NCBI RefSeq assembly: GCF_001194135.2
Contig: NC_068983.1
Coordinates: forward strand, 108,702,453 to 108,766,452
Length of the DNA: 64,000 bases
Reading direction: 5' to 3'
From: Octopus bimaculoides
Lineage: Eukaryota
Positions 35,840 through 47,553 of the stretch are shown here, in pieces. Made by a program: the position numbers and the translations under genes. Every line of letters begins with the position of its first letter. Position 1 is the first letter of the stretch. Under the pieces are notes generated by a model that saw nothing but the letters and a program-made list of their open reading frames with translations, had not been told where the DNA came from and searched no databases.

Positions 35840-36407
35840 TTTACTTGTTTTGGTAATTTAACTGTGACCACGGTGGAGCACTGCCTTAAAGGGGTTTAGC
35901 TGAGAAAATTGATCCCAGGACTTACTCTTGTAATCCTAGTACTTATTCTATCAGTCTCTTTTGCCATGCCACCAAATTATAGGGACATAAACACACTAGC
36001 ATCAGTTTTCAAGTGATGGTGGGAGGACAGACACTTACACATCATCATCATCATCGTTTAATGTCCGCTTTCCATGCTAGCATGGGTTGGACGATTTGAC
36101 TGAGGACTGGTGAGCCAGAAGGCTGCACCAGGCTCCAATCTGATCTGGCAGAGTTTCTACAGCTGGATGCCCTTCCTAATGCCAACCATTCCAAGAGTGT
36201 AGTGGGTGCTTTTACGTGCCACTGGCACAAAGGCCAGTCAAGTGGCACTGGCAAAAGCCACGCTCAAAATGGTGTATTTTACGTGCCACCTTTGCAGGAG
36301 CCAGTCCAGTGACACTGGCAATGATCTTGCTCGAATGTCTTTACATGTGCCACCGGCACAAGTGCCAGTAAGGCAACGCTGGGTACAGGTGCCATCATGA
36401 TTTCGCT

Positions 36408-36445
<38 letters not shown>

Positions 36446-36620
36446 TCCACATACATACACGACAGGCATCTTTCAGTTTCTGTTTACCAGATCCACTCAC
36501 AAGGCTTTTGTCAGCCCGAGTCTACAGTAGAAGTCACTTACCCAAGTTGCCATGCTGTGGGACTGAACCTGGAACCATGTGATTGGGAAGCAAGCTTCTT
36601 ACCACACAGCCATGCCTGTG
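35840..36620 (-). mobile_element. SINE family B (head 36455-36620, 3' half 35840-36035) with a family C copy in its spacer
   Basis: Both halves match 41846-42245 in reverse complement. Confidence 0.75.
36042..36400 (-). mobile_element. SINE family C with extra internal GTGCCAC modules
   Basis: (CAT)n-CGTTTAATGTCCGCTTTCCATGCTAGCATGGGTTGG... followed by repeated TTTTACGTGCCAC units. Confidence 0.85.
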
Positions 36621-37268
36621 CCTAGATATATGTGTGTCTTTGTATGTATGTGTATGTGCATGTGTGTGTGTTGTGTGTGTGTTTGTTCCCAACCCACTGC
36701 TTGACACCACCACCACTTGATCCTTTATCAATTCCATCTTTCTTTCACACTTTTCTTATGAATGTTACCTTTCACAGATTGTATGTAATCTTTATGGCTT
36801 AACTTTGGTTTCCAACAGTTTCTTCTCTTAGAGCATACATACTGTTGAGCAAGCACTTTAGAATTGTTCCATCTGTCATATGAATTATATGGCCTTCCAG
36901 CCTCAGTCAATAACACTGCATAAAGTATATCTATGCTTGTAACATTTGTTAATTGGAAAATCTCTATAACTCATTGTCGCTTCTGGATATATTCAAACTG
37001 TGTGTGTGCTCGTATGTTTCATATATCTTGCTGATAAAAAAATACAATGTATGTCTCGATTGTCACACTTGTACAGGTAAACTAAAACAACAAATGGAGT
37101 AGGAGTAAGTGGAAGTCAGAGAAGCTAAATGCAGGTGAACTGCAGTAAAAGGCTTTGTTCTGAATATGCTGGCGTTTTAATCAAAATAAAACTGCAAATT
37201 TTTATCGTAAATTGTATTTATCAAATTCATTCACACTTTTCTTTTCGAAATATTATTGTTCAGGCTAC

Positions 37269-37306
<38 letters not shown>

Positions 37307-37540
37307 ATATATATTCATTCTTTCTTTTATGTCAGTCCATTTTTCCATACTTGTTCTTCCTCATACTAACCCACATTTCTTTTTACAATTAAACGATAAC
37401 TTATTTCATGCATTTTCAAAAAGAGGGAAGTTGTGGGTATGAAGTTGTCAAGAAAACCAATTTCACTTTTCTGAGAAATGTAAGAAACATGCATTCATGC
37501 ACATACACACATACATATAACATTTTCTAGTATTTAACAG

Positions 37541-37839
37541 CAGTGGCGAACTGGCCAGCTTGCCTGATGGCAAGTGGGCTCTTGTGCCATTAGAATCCTT
37601 ATATGGGAGCCCACGTTAGTATTCAAGGGGTACATCCTCTCAAGTTTGAGAATTTTTTATTCACTCCTGGAAGAATGCATTAATTATTTCAGCTTAGCTG
37701 TGTTTGTAGACAGTTGAAAAGAATACTTTTAACAAAAAAACAAAAAAACAAAAAAAAGAATTAAATGATAGCATTCTAGTTGCAGGTGGACCACCTTAGT
37801 CTCCTGGCAACCAATATTTTTAGACCCAGTTCAACACTG
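37541..37839. mobile_element. hAT-type MITE (299 bp)
   Basis: 14-bp TIR CAGTGGCGAACTGG / CCAGTTCAACACTG and an exact 8-bp TSD TTTAACAG at 37533-37540 and 37840-37847. Confidence 0.85.
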
Positions 37840-38002
37840 TTTAACAGAATCCACTAACATTTTTGGCTCTCATATAGGTCATGACGTCTGAGGATATACT
37901 TTGGAGAATTAGATCATGCAAATGTGCTTCATTAAGACAACTTGGATTGTAGCCCTCTCTCTCGTATATATATATACTTATATATATATGTGTGTGTGCG
38001 TA

Positions 38003-38200
38003 TCATCATCATCTTCACCATTTAATGCCTGCTTTCCTGGAACTAATAAACCAGAGAGCTACACCAGGTTCCAGTCTGATTTGGCATGGTTTCTATGGCT
38101 GCATAACCTTCCTAACGCCAACCACTCCAAGAGTGAAATGGGTACTTTTTATGTGCCACCAGCATGGGTGCGATTTATATGACACTAGCAACGGCAACGA
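38003..38200 (-). mobile_element. SINE family C fragment
   Basis: (CAT)n...CCATTTAATGCCTGCTTTCC...CCTTCCTAACGCCAACCACTCC...TTTTATGTGCCACC. Confidence 0.75.
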
Positions 38201-38259
38201 CCACATGTAGGTATATATGTGCATGTGTGTGTATATATGCATATCATACCTACCTACCT

Positions 38260-38287
<28 letters not shown>

Positions 38288-38291
<4 letters not shown>

Positions 38292-38460
38292 GTGTATATA
38301 TATATATACCGGAGTAAGCACATGAAATGTGAAACAAGGTGGAAATAAGAGTACTCAAATACCAGAGATAGGGTAATATGCTTTATTTAAAAGCAGCAGA
38401 AATATAACAAAAGTTGTTTCACTTTCCCGTTCGTCGGACAATTTTGTCAAAATGGAACAG
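38288..38460 (-). mobile_element. Putative Penelope-like terminal repeat with a partial HHR-like core (38416-38437)
   Basis: Minus strand TTGT-CCGACGA-ACG GGAA AGT-GAAAC (U4C). Stems I and III cannot be recovered. It lies downstream of the GIY-YIG fragment on the same strand. Confidence 0.35.
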
Positions 38461-39525
38461 AAATAACGATATAATCAAAACTAGTTAAAGGATATACCTT
38501 CAAAACTGGATTTGTTTCATTGGTAGTTTCAATTAACAGTCTTAATTAAGCATGCAATGAACAAAGTAAATGAATCCATTATAAATTCAACCTATTGTAA
38601 AATCGAAGAAAACCTTAAATCGAAGAGTAGATTCAAAATACATATTGTAAATTATTAATATACGAAATATAAGTCAATTAATGCATTAAATTAAAATTAA
38701 AATTTTCACGCTGTATTACATAAATATTTTACAACAGTATATACCTTTAGTAGACTATCTGTAATATACATACATAAAAATGCACAGATGCATGCACATA
38801 GTTACATACATGTATAGGCNNNNNNNNNNNNNNNNNNNNNNNNNNNNNNNNNNNNNNNNNNNNNNNNNNNNNNNNNNNNNNNNNNNNNNNNNNNNNNNNN
38901 NNNNNNNNNNNNNNNNNNNNNNNNNNNNNNNNNNNNNNNNNNNNNNNNNNNNNNNNNTATATATACACACACATAAGTATATATTAGCATATAAATACAC
39001 ATATAAGATCACGTATATAAATATATGGAAATATGCATGTAAATATATATCCACACAAATAAGTGTATACATGCATACATATACCTAGATGTACGTATAT
39101 GTACAAGAATAAACATACACGCTTACTTACACATATACATAGACGCACACATACAAATACATATGTATTCCTACAATACAGACATTCACATAAAAACATA
39201 TAGGTCCTAACGTATATATACAAACAACTTTTTAAAAAATTGCTGAGTGTATAATAATAATCAGATAAAAGACATGCAAAATGGAACACCATATATCGAA
39301 TTATCTATAAATATAACGATTAAATGGGTTTGTAAAATACAATAAAAAGGAATAAAAATAAAATCTTAAACATGAGAATAATATATACATATAACACTGG
39401 AAGGTTTTCTTAAGAAATACGTCGAAATATATACAATATCTTTGAGATGTGAAATAGCCATGCATTACAAAATACAAATTCAACAGTGAGATTGAAAACT
39501 AGTTCAACATTCAAAAAAATATATA

Positions 39526-40035
39526 CTATCCATATGGTATTTTGTCAGCTGACATTTTAAATTTTGTTGTGTGTCTGCAGGAATTCAAGAGTTCAAGTCT
39601 TTGATTCAAAACGCTATTGTCCTGGAATGAAATATAGAATTTTTCCAAAAGACATAAATCACATTTGATGTGTCTTTTATGCGCACTGTGTCTGCTCGGT
39701 GATGCCTTATCTAAAATTCTCCATGTCACGTTGAAAGTGCGGGTTTCGTTTTCTTTTAATTCCCTGACATATTTTGCCAGGCTGGTCTTTGTCTTATTTT
39801 TGGGGTATCGGAAGGAATTTCTATGAGAATAAAATCGGGTCTTGAAAGAATTTTCAGAAGCCCCTGTGTAAGTTCTTTATTCATGTAAGCCTTCAATTTG
39901 CACCTTGGCTCTATACACAATCCCTTTCTCCAGACATTTTCCTTCTAACGGACAGGAGGTCCCATCTTTGCAATTGCAATTCTTAGGAAAAGAATAGGCA
40001 CTGTGGTTATTTTGCAATTATCTTATTGTTGGTTA
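39526..40035 (-). pseudogene. Penelope-like element GIY-YIG endonuclease domain (one TAA at 39877-39879)
   Basis: KNCNCKDGTSCPLEGKCLEKGIVYRAKV...*RTYTGASENSFKTRFYSHRNSF...TSLAKYVRELK...WRILDKA...CDLCLLEKFYI...LNQRLELLNSCRHTTKF. Confidence 0.85.
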
Positions 40036-40085
40036 ATGAAAGAGGCGAATTTTTATATGCTAAAATGTATATAATAATATATACT

Positions 40086-40119
<34 letters not shown>

Positions 40120-40304
40120 ACAAATAATAAACGAGTATATGCATATATACGTAGAGGTATGTGCATACCTACGTCTACCTGTATATATAGTTGCATATCT
40201 GGGTACAGGACATTGCAAACAAAACGTAGACAAGAAAATAATAATAACCAGAGTACAGAAAACACACAAGCCACATAGAGAACATTTTCCTACATCAGCT
40301 ACCC

Positions 40305-40356
40305 CCATTTTAACACCGGCGTTTCGAGAGTTGGGCAGGACGCATCGTTAAAATGG
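40305..40356 (-). ncRNA. Degenerate hammerhead-like remnant
   Basis: CCATTTTAA-C.GATGCG...CTCTC-GAA-AC GCCG GT-G-TTAAAATGG. Stem I is 9-10 bp; the core is damaged. Confidence 0.3.
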
Positions 40357-40476
40357 CTCTTCCCATGGACCGCAAANNNNNNNNNNNNNNNNNNNNNNNN
40401 NNNNNNNNNNNNNNNNNNNNNNNNNNNNNNNNNNNNNNNNNNNNNNNNNNNNNNNNNNNNNNNNNNNNNNNNNNNN

Positions 40477-40622
40477 CTTTCAGTTTCCATTTACCAAATC
40501 CACTCACAAGGCTTTGGTCAGCTCGAAGATATAGTAGAAGACACTTCCCCAATGTGCCATGCAGTGGGACTGAACCTGGAGCCATGTGGTTGGGAAGAAA
40601 GCTTCTTACCACACTGCCACGC
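40477..40622 (-). mobile_element. SINE family B head
   Basis: CTTTCAGTTTCCATTTACCAAATCCACTCACAAGGCTTTGGTC...GCAGTGGGACTGAACCTGGAGCCATGTGGTTGGG. Confidence 0.85.
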
Positions 40623-40635
40623 CTGCACCTATTTG

Positions 40636-41225
40636 CTAGTGTACTAAAATATAATATGAGAGACAATGTTTAGAATTTAAATTTTACCAGGTTGCCTTCA
40701 GTTCTGAAATATATGTGTAGGTGAGATGATATTTGGAAAACAAATCATATTGTCATATCAATTTTAAAATCATTAATTTATCTACAGATGATTAGTTTTC
40801 CCTTTCATAATGAGACTTCAGCATGAGATTTTAGTATGATAATCAGTTATAGAAATGAATAACAATCCCTTCTTCAAGCACAAGGAGCAGGAGAGTAGCT
40901 GATTACATCAACCCCAATGCTCAACTGGTACTCATTTCATTGACCCTGAAAAGATGAAAAGCAAAATCAACCTAGACAGAATTTGAACTCAGAATAAAAT
41001 GCTGCCAAGTTTTTTGTCTGGTGTGCTAATGATTTTGCCAACTCACCACCTTAGTTATAAAAATGAGAAATTATAACTGCTACATCAACATTCTGTAATG
41101 AGAAAGCTTTACTGGTGTTTGAGATTTGTTTTCCTAATATCATCTCACCTACACATATATATTTCAGAACTGAAGGCAACCTGGTAAAATTTAAATCCTA
41201 AACATATTGAATTTTATTACACTAG
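40636..41225. mobile_element. MITE with about 100-bp TIRs, interrupted by a family A SINE (about 40868-41050, minus strand)
   Basis: About 80 bp of the arms (40669-40745 vs 41124-41203) differ by only a few bases. Similarity extends out to CTAGTGTA at both ends. Confidence 0.75.
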
Positions 41226-41845
41226 AGAATTAGTGCATAAATAGTACTTGTACAAGAATGAAAGTCTGCTTCAAAATCAGCTTCACCTTCGAATAATGCA
41301 TAACTTATAAAAATATAGCATCAGGATAAACAAAAGAGTCTTTCAACTTTTTTCTTACTTGAGAATAATATGTAAGACACTATTATACACATGTAGTGAC
41401 AATTAAGGATATAGACTGGCTTTGAAGATGGAATGAAGAAGAATATGTAATACTTCTCCAAAGAATATGGAATGTTTTGCTAAAAATATAACAAACAAAA
41501 TAAGAACTATAAGTTTGCCAACCCTGAAAATGACTTTGTTCAAATCCAGCGGCACCATTTATTGTTATGACTGTAAATAATAACAAAAAAATCCTATTAG
41601 TAGTTAGATACTCTTGGCATGCATGGACTAGAATTGTTTGATGAGAATTCAAGTTCATTATTAACAGAAAATATTTGAAACTACCAATACATACCCAATA
41701 TCTTTGATTTAAAAAACAAATGTCTTTGCATTGTCTTCCTCATTAGAAGGGAAGGAATGTTGGCATTAGTTTAATTTCATTACCCTCATCCATATAGAAT
41801 ATACCTCCAAAATTAATTATTTTGCATTAGTTGTGCTGATCTTAG

Positions 41846-42245
41846 GAGTGGCTGTGTTCCAGGTTCAGTCCCACTGCATGGCACCTTCTACTATAGCCTC
41901 AGGCCGACCAAAGCCTTGAGTGGATTTAGTAGATGGAAACTGAAAGAAGCCCGTCGTATATATATANNNNNNNNNNNNNNNNNNNNNNNNNNNNNNNNNN
42001 NNATATATTTATATTTATATATATACGTGTGTACGTGTGTTTTTGTGTTTCTGTGTCTGTCCCCCCAACATTGCTTGACAACCGATGCTAGTGTGTTTAA
42101 GTCCCCGTAACTTAGCGGTTTGACAAAAGGGACGGATAAAATAAGTACAAGGCTTACAAAGAATAAGTCCTGGAGTTGATTTGCTCGACTAAAGGTGGTG
42201 CTCCAGCATGGCCGCAGTCAAATGACTGAAACAAGTAAAAGAGTA
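41846..42245 (+). mobile_element. SINE family B, both halves, with a microsatellite and gap spacer
   Basis: AGGAGTGGCTGTG...GGTTCAGTCCCACTGCATGGCACC...GAAAGAAGCCCGTCG (TA)n ... TGCTTGACAACCGATGCTAGTG...CAAATGACTGAAACAAGTAAAAGAG. Confidence 0.85.
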
Positions 42246-42829
42246 CAATTTTAAAGAATGACTAGGAAACATATACAGGGGTGGTTGTTATATGAACAAT
42301 TAATACTGGGAGTTAACAGGCTTATACATTGCACCAATGGGTTTTAATTAACTAGAAATTACACTCCTAGTGATTAGAAAAATTAATTATCTAAATTATT
42401 AATTTTGATTCAGAAAAGCAGACGGACAACCAATGGAATTTAAATGAATTAAAATTCATTGAATATAAAATACAGTGGTAAGTGACAGAGATTTTTGACA
42501 CTACAGTATGTGTTTCAAATTATTAGTCTCTCAAAGTCTTACTGCAACATTGGGAAGTGATGAGAGAAGTGTTTCCTTGAAATGATCAATGAGTCACATG
42601 ATAACTACTATTAAATTATCTCCGTCAGTACATAGAAAAGGTGTCGGTAAAAATTCCATATGGTGCACCAGGTGAAAAATGTGAACAGTAGAATCACAGG
42701 TAGGTTAAATGAGAAAGAAATTTGTGCGTGTGTGTGATGGGGGTAAATGTGCATAAAGAATAAACACAAAGAACCTTCCAAAAATGCCCAGAAGTATCGT
42801 TAGAGGAGGTAAATAATTCCTGTTACCCA

Positions 42830-43400
42830 GGTGACCTAATTAGCATTGGAAGAGGATGATCTGAAAGTATAGTTGCTACAATAAGAATTAACTGGAGAAA
42901 GTTCAGAAAGCTATTACTTTTGTTGGTAACAAAAGGATTCTTTCTGAGAGTGAAAGGTAGGTTTTAAGATGTTTGTGAACAAACAGCAATGCTGCATGGT
43001 AGTGAAATGTAGGCTGTGAATGTAGAGGACATGTAGGCTGTGAATGTAGAGGACATGTAAAGGCTTGAAAGAAATGAAGCTAAGTATGTTCTGTTGGATG
43101 TGTGCATATATAGCAAAGTAAAAGTATGCTGAGAGAAAAATTGGTTGTAAGAAGCATCAGATGTGTGCAAGAGAAAATACTGTGCTGGTATGGTCATGTG
43201 ATTTGTATGGAACAGCTACATAAAGAAACATAAATTGTTAAATGTAGATGGAGCTTGTGGAAGATGGAGACCCAGAAAAGCATGGGATGTAGTACTGAAG
43301 TGTGACCTCCAAACGTTACATCTCATTGAGATAAGAAAATATTGATAATTTGTTCTGCTTGAGAAACGTTCATCTAAGCTAAAATGAGGCCCTAAAAGCA
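42830..43400 (+). mobile_element. Degraded RTE LINE 3' fragment with a 24-bp tandem duplication (43007-43054)
   Basis: Similar to 44588-45275. Followed by a pyrimidine-rich tract to about 43960. Confidence 0.75.
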
Positions 43401-44587
43401 TGTCACTTATGTCTATACCCCTGCACTCAATATGTCCCTGATGAACCTTCCCCTTCCCAACAACCCATCTCCTTAACACTCACCCTCCCACAATTCATCT
43501 TTCTAACATCCACCCCTCCATCACTTCTCTGACTATGGCACCATTCACTCAGCTGTTGTAATTATCTGAGAGCAGAGTTACATATATTTTGTCCCCTACC
43601 ACCCATCTTCCTGAAACCACTTTCTTTTTCCCATGCATTCTCAGTTTCATCCCTTACCACTTCATTTTTCACTGAATGTTCCTTTCATCTCCCTTTTCAA
43701 TGTATACCTCATTTTACTGACAGCAGCCCTTCCTGCATTACCTCTGTTCATATCCCACCAATTCCACCCTCATGTACATTTGACTCCATCTCTAGCATCG
43801 TGCATCTCCCTCATCCACACCACCCCCACACACATTTCACATCATCTTTGCTGCCACTTATCACCTCTCTGACTATCTCCTACACCTTCCACTTCAACTG
43901 ATATTCACGAATGACTATGCTTTCACCTGTGTTTGCCACTCACTGCTGTTCCATCTATTCCCTTCTCTATCTACCTGTCACTCAATTCTCACACTCTTAC
44001 AATATTAATTAATGTAGTGATGACAAAAGAAAACGAGTTATTTTGTTTGTATAATACTCTGAATGACGAAAGGAGGTTCATAATATATACAAGAATTTCA
44101 TTTTTGTCTTTCAGGTTTGTCAGTGTCAAATTAATTTATCAACAAGAAGAAAGTGTATTTTAATATTCAGTAATTATAATACAATAGAATGATCGTTTCT
44201 GTTATTGTGTATTTTGTTTATTTGTTGAATATGTATTTTTCCGAAATACTTATTGAATATTTATACATCCAAAGCTGTTCAAAACTACTCAGAATGTAAT
44301 TGTTGTCTGAACCATTTCCCTTTGATACATCTACTGACAAGCTGAATATTTTACAGAAATTTATGTTACATCTGTTGAATATTTATGTATACAATGGTTC
44401 GTATACACAAGGATATTAGCAATTAGTCAGCATGTAGTCATTAGTTGAGATATTTAAGTTTGATAGATATTTCAACAAGTCAAATATTTTATGAAAGTCA
44501 TAAAAAATTCATAACTAATGTTAATCATTATATTCTTCACTCATCTTTTATATATATATATATATATATACACAAACATATATATAA

Positions 44588-45275
44588 TTGATAGCTTCTG
44601 TTACCTAAGCAGGGGTGGATGCTCTGTAAGTGTAGCTGCTAGAATAAGAATAGCCTGGGCAAAGTTCAGAGAGCTCCTACCTCTGCTGGTGACAAAGGAC
44701 TACTCGCTCAGAGTGAAAAGTAGACATTATGATGCATGTGTGCGAACTGCTATGCTACATGGCAGTGAAACATGGGCTGTGACTGCTGAGGACATGTGTA
44801 AGCTTACAAGGAATGAAGCCAGTATGCTCTGCTGGGTGTGTAATGTCAGCGTGCATACATGACAGAGTGTAAGCGCCCTGAGAGAAAAGTTGGATTTAAG
44901 AAGCATCAGATGTGGTGTGCAAGAGAGATGACTGCGCTGGTATGGTCATGTGTTGTGAATGAACGAGGACAGCTGTGTGACAAAAATGTCACACCCTAGC
45001 AGTTGAGGGAACCTGTGGAAGAGGTAGAACAGAAAAACCTGGGATGAGGTGGTGAAGCACGACCTTTGAACATTGGGCTATACCGAAGCAATGACAAGTG
45101 ACCAAAACCTTTGGAGATATGCTGTGCTTGGGAAGACTCGACAAGCCAGGTGAGACCATAGCCCATGGCCTTTGCCAGTGGGTGTAACCAGCCCATTTAT
45201 GAATACCCCTCATTCATTGGACAATAAACCTTGCTTGTGAAGACCAATTGAGGCAAGTGAAATCAAAATCAAAAT
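44588..45275 (+). mobile_element. RTE-clade LINE 3' end
   Basis: GGCSVSVAARIRIAWAKFRELLPLLVTK...DACVRTAMLHGSETWAVTAEDM...RNEASML...LREKLDLRSIRCGVQER*LRWYGHV, then a 3' UTR ending GAAATCAAAATC. Confidence 0.9.
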
Positions 45276-46155
45276 TGCTGACATGGCTGACGACAGTACT
45301 GCCTAATTAACACTTGTGCCAGTGGAACATTAAAAGCGCACTCGCATGAAACACATACATGCATACCCACACATATGCCTATATAGTACACATATACACA
45401 TTCACACACACGCATGCACACACATATGTGCACATACCCATATGCGCACAATTATATTCAAATACATGTCTAAAAATACGCACATGCTATATATGCATAT
45501 GCTCACTCACACTCGCGTGAAACACATGCATGTACACCCACATATATGCAACCATACACATATACATATACATGTACATATATACATACCTGCACACACA
45601 CACATGATGTATACATATACATATCTGCATACACGTTCAATGTGACCTCCTTTTCCATTGTAAGCCCCTTTTAGTTGATAATCATAGTATGTTAAGCCAC
45701 CCCTGCCCCATCCTCTTTCTGGTTATCACCTCACATTTATATCATTATTTTATTAGCATCTTCTGAGACATAATCTTTTATGTAGGCATGGCTGATTTTA
45801 TAGTCATAGTGAAATAAGGATAGGGAGTCAATTCCCAATGGTTTTGATTCTAAGGGGATGTAGACTGCTTGTTGCATTGGGTCTGTTGCATGTGATAAGG
45901 ATAAAAATGAATGTGGTTATATCATCATTCTTCTCTATTGACCCCTATTATTTTCTTCTGCCACTCTAAATCATAATAGGTATTTTTCCCTAAATTCATG
46001 TTGTTGCAATAATAGCAAAAAGAAACAATGTATTCTAGTCCCTAATACTGATGAAAAATTTGCTAAAATATTATAATGGAGTATCCTGTATATTGGAAAT
46101 CTATATGGTCATATGCAACTGAGGAGAGCAGCTTATTTCAAATTGATGTAATGTT

Positions 46156-46199
46156 TGCATTGATCAATTAATGTAGCCTCTTGAAACGGCCGTAATGCA
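46156..46199 (+). ncRNA. Degenerate hammerhead-like remnant
   Basis: TGCAT-(.)TGATCA-ATTAATGTAGCCTCTT-GAA-ACGGCCGT-A-ATGCA. Stem I is 5 bp and stem III is a perfect palindrome; the core and stem II are damaged. Confidence 0.35.
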
Positions 46200-46230
46200 C
46201 TAATACCTGGACATCCTTGTTACTTATTTG

Positions 46231-46282
<52 letters not shown>

Positions 46283-47504
46283 TTGTGTGAATAAGGGCCT
46301 GTGACATCGAGTCTTTCACAATTCTGTGTGTGTGTGTGTGTGTGTGTGCATCTGTAACATGTGGTTGCTCATATAGTGGTATGTGTAGTGACGTTACTGA
46401 AAATTGTGTGTGGGTGTGTGGAAGATGGTGTGTGGTATGGGTACTGGAAGGTGGTCAGTATTAGAGTGTGGGGTGGGTATTGGATGGGTGTGTAGGATGT
46501 GTGGGGTAGGGTGTGAGGTGTATGTATGTGTGTGTGTGTGTGTATGGATAACAAGGAAGATAAGAGATAAGTACTTATGATCCCCTGTTATCACCCTATA
46601 CTGATAGACTATATTTTTCCTTGAACACTAATTTTCATATTGGTGCTTGGTGCATAAAAGCACACACATATATAGTAGCAAGAATTTAGATAGGGCTGGA
46701 TTGTGGTCAAGTGTTACCCTAGACATATCCCAGAAAAGTAATTAAGACATGAACATGAATTAATAGATGAAAACTTATTTTCTTGGAGGCTTGATGCCAT
46801 AATTAAACTTCAATCGTATTTAGTTAACATTAAATAGCAGTAAGCAACACAGCTACATCATATGGCTTTAACTAGGACAATGGAGGAAGATGTAAGATTT
46901 GTTATTAATTCAAAAACAGTCATGATGGAAAATTATTAATTCAAAAATATACTGTAAAGGTTGTTTCTATAGAAATCAATGCTAACGGTCAATTTTCAGA
47001 AAAAGTTACAGTTAAGAAATAAGATTAGTATGAAACAAAATATCTTTAATTCCATTTGTTTACCACTTTGAAGATAATATTTCAACAGTCAAGGATTAAA
47101 GGATGCAAAAATAATACTTATTATTGCTTACTTATAACTTCATTTAAACTTTAAAAAGTTTTGCTTTAACTGTTTTTGACTGCAAAGTTTTTGACAAGTA
47201 TTATTGATTCACAGTAAAATGAGGTTGCTGTGAATGACCAGTTTCTCGCTTCATTGTATTTTCAAGCTGGAAGTATCTATATTATTCTGTTATGGTCCAC
47301 AAATGTAAGGCTTTATGCAAATGTTATCTTAACTCTAGAGAGAAATCGAATTTATAATCTATTATATACTCAACATTTATATTATTCAACTGATAAACTA
47401 TAATAGAAAATCAAAGACAATCTATTATAGACACAGCTTGTATGCTATATATATTATTCATATGCCAGTTAACTGAACAATACTTAATTCAAACTAAATG
47501 TTAC

Positions 47505-47553
<49 letters not shown>

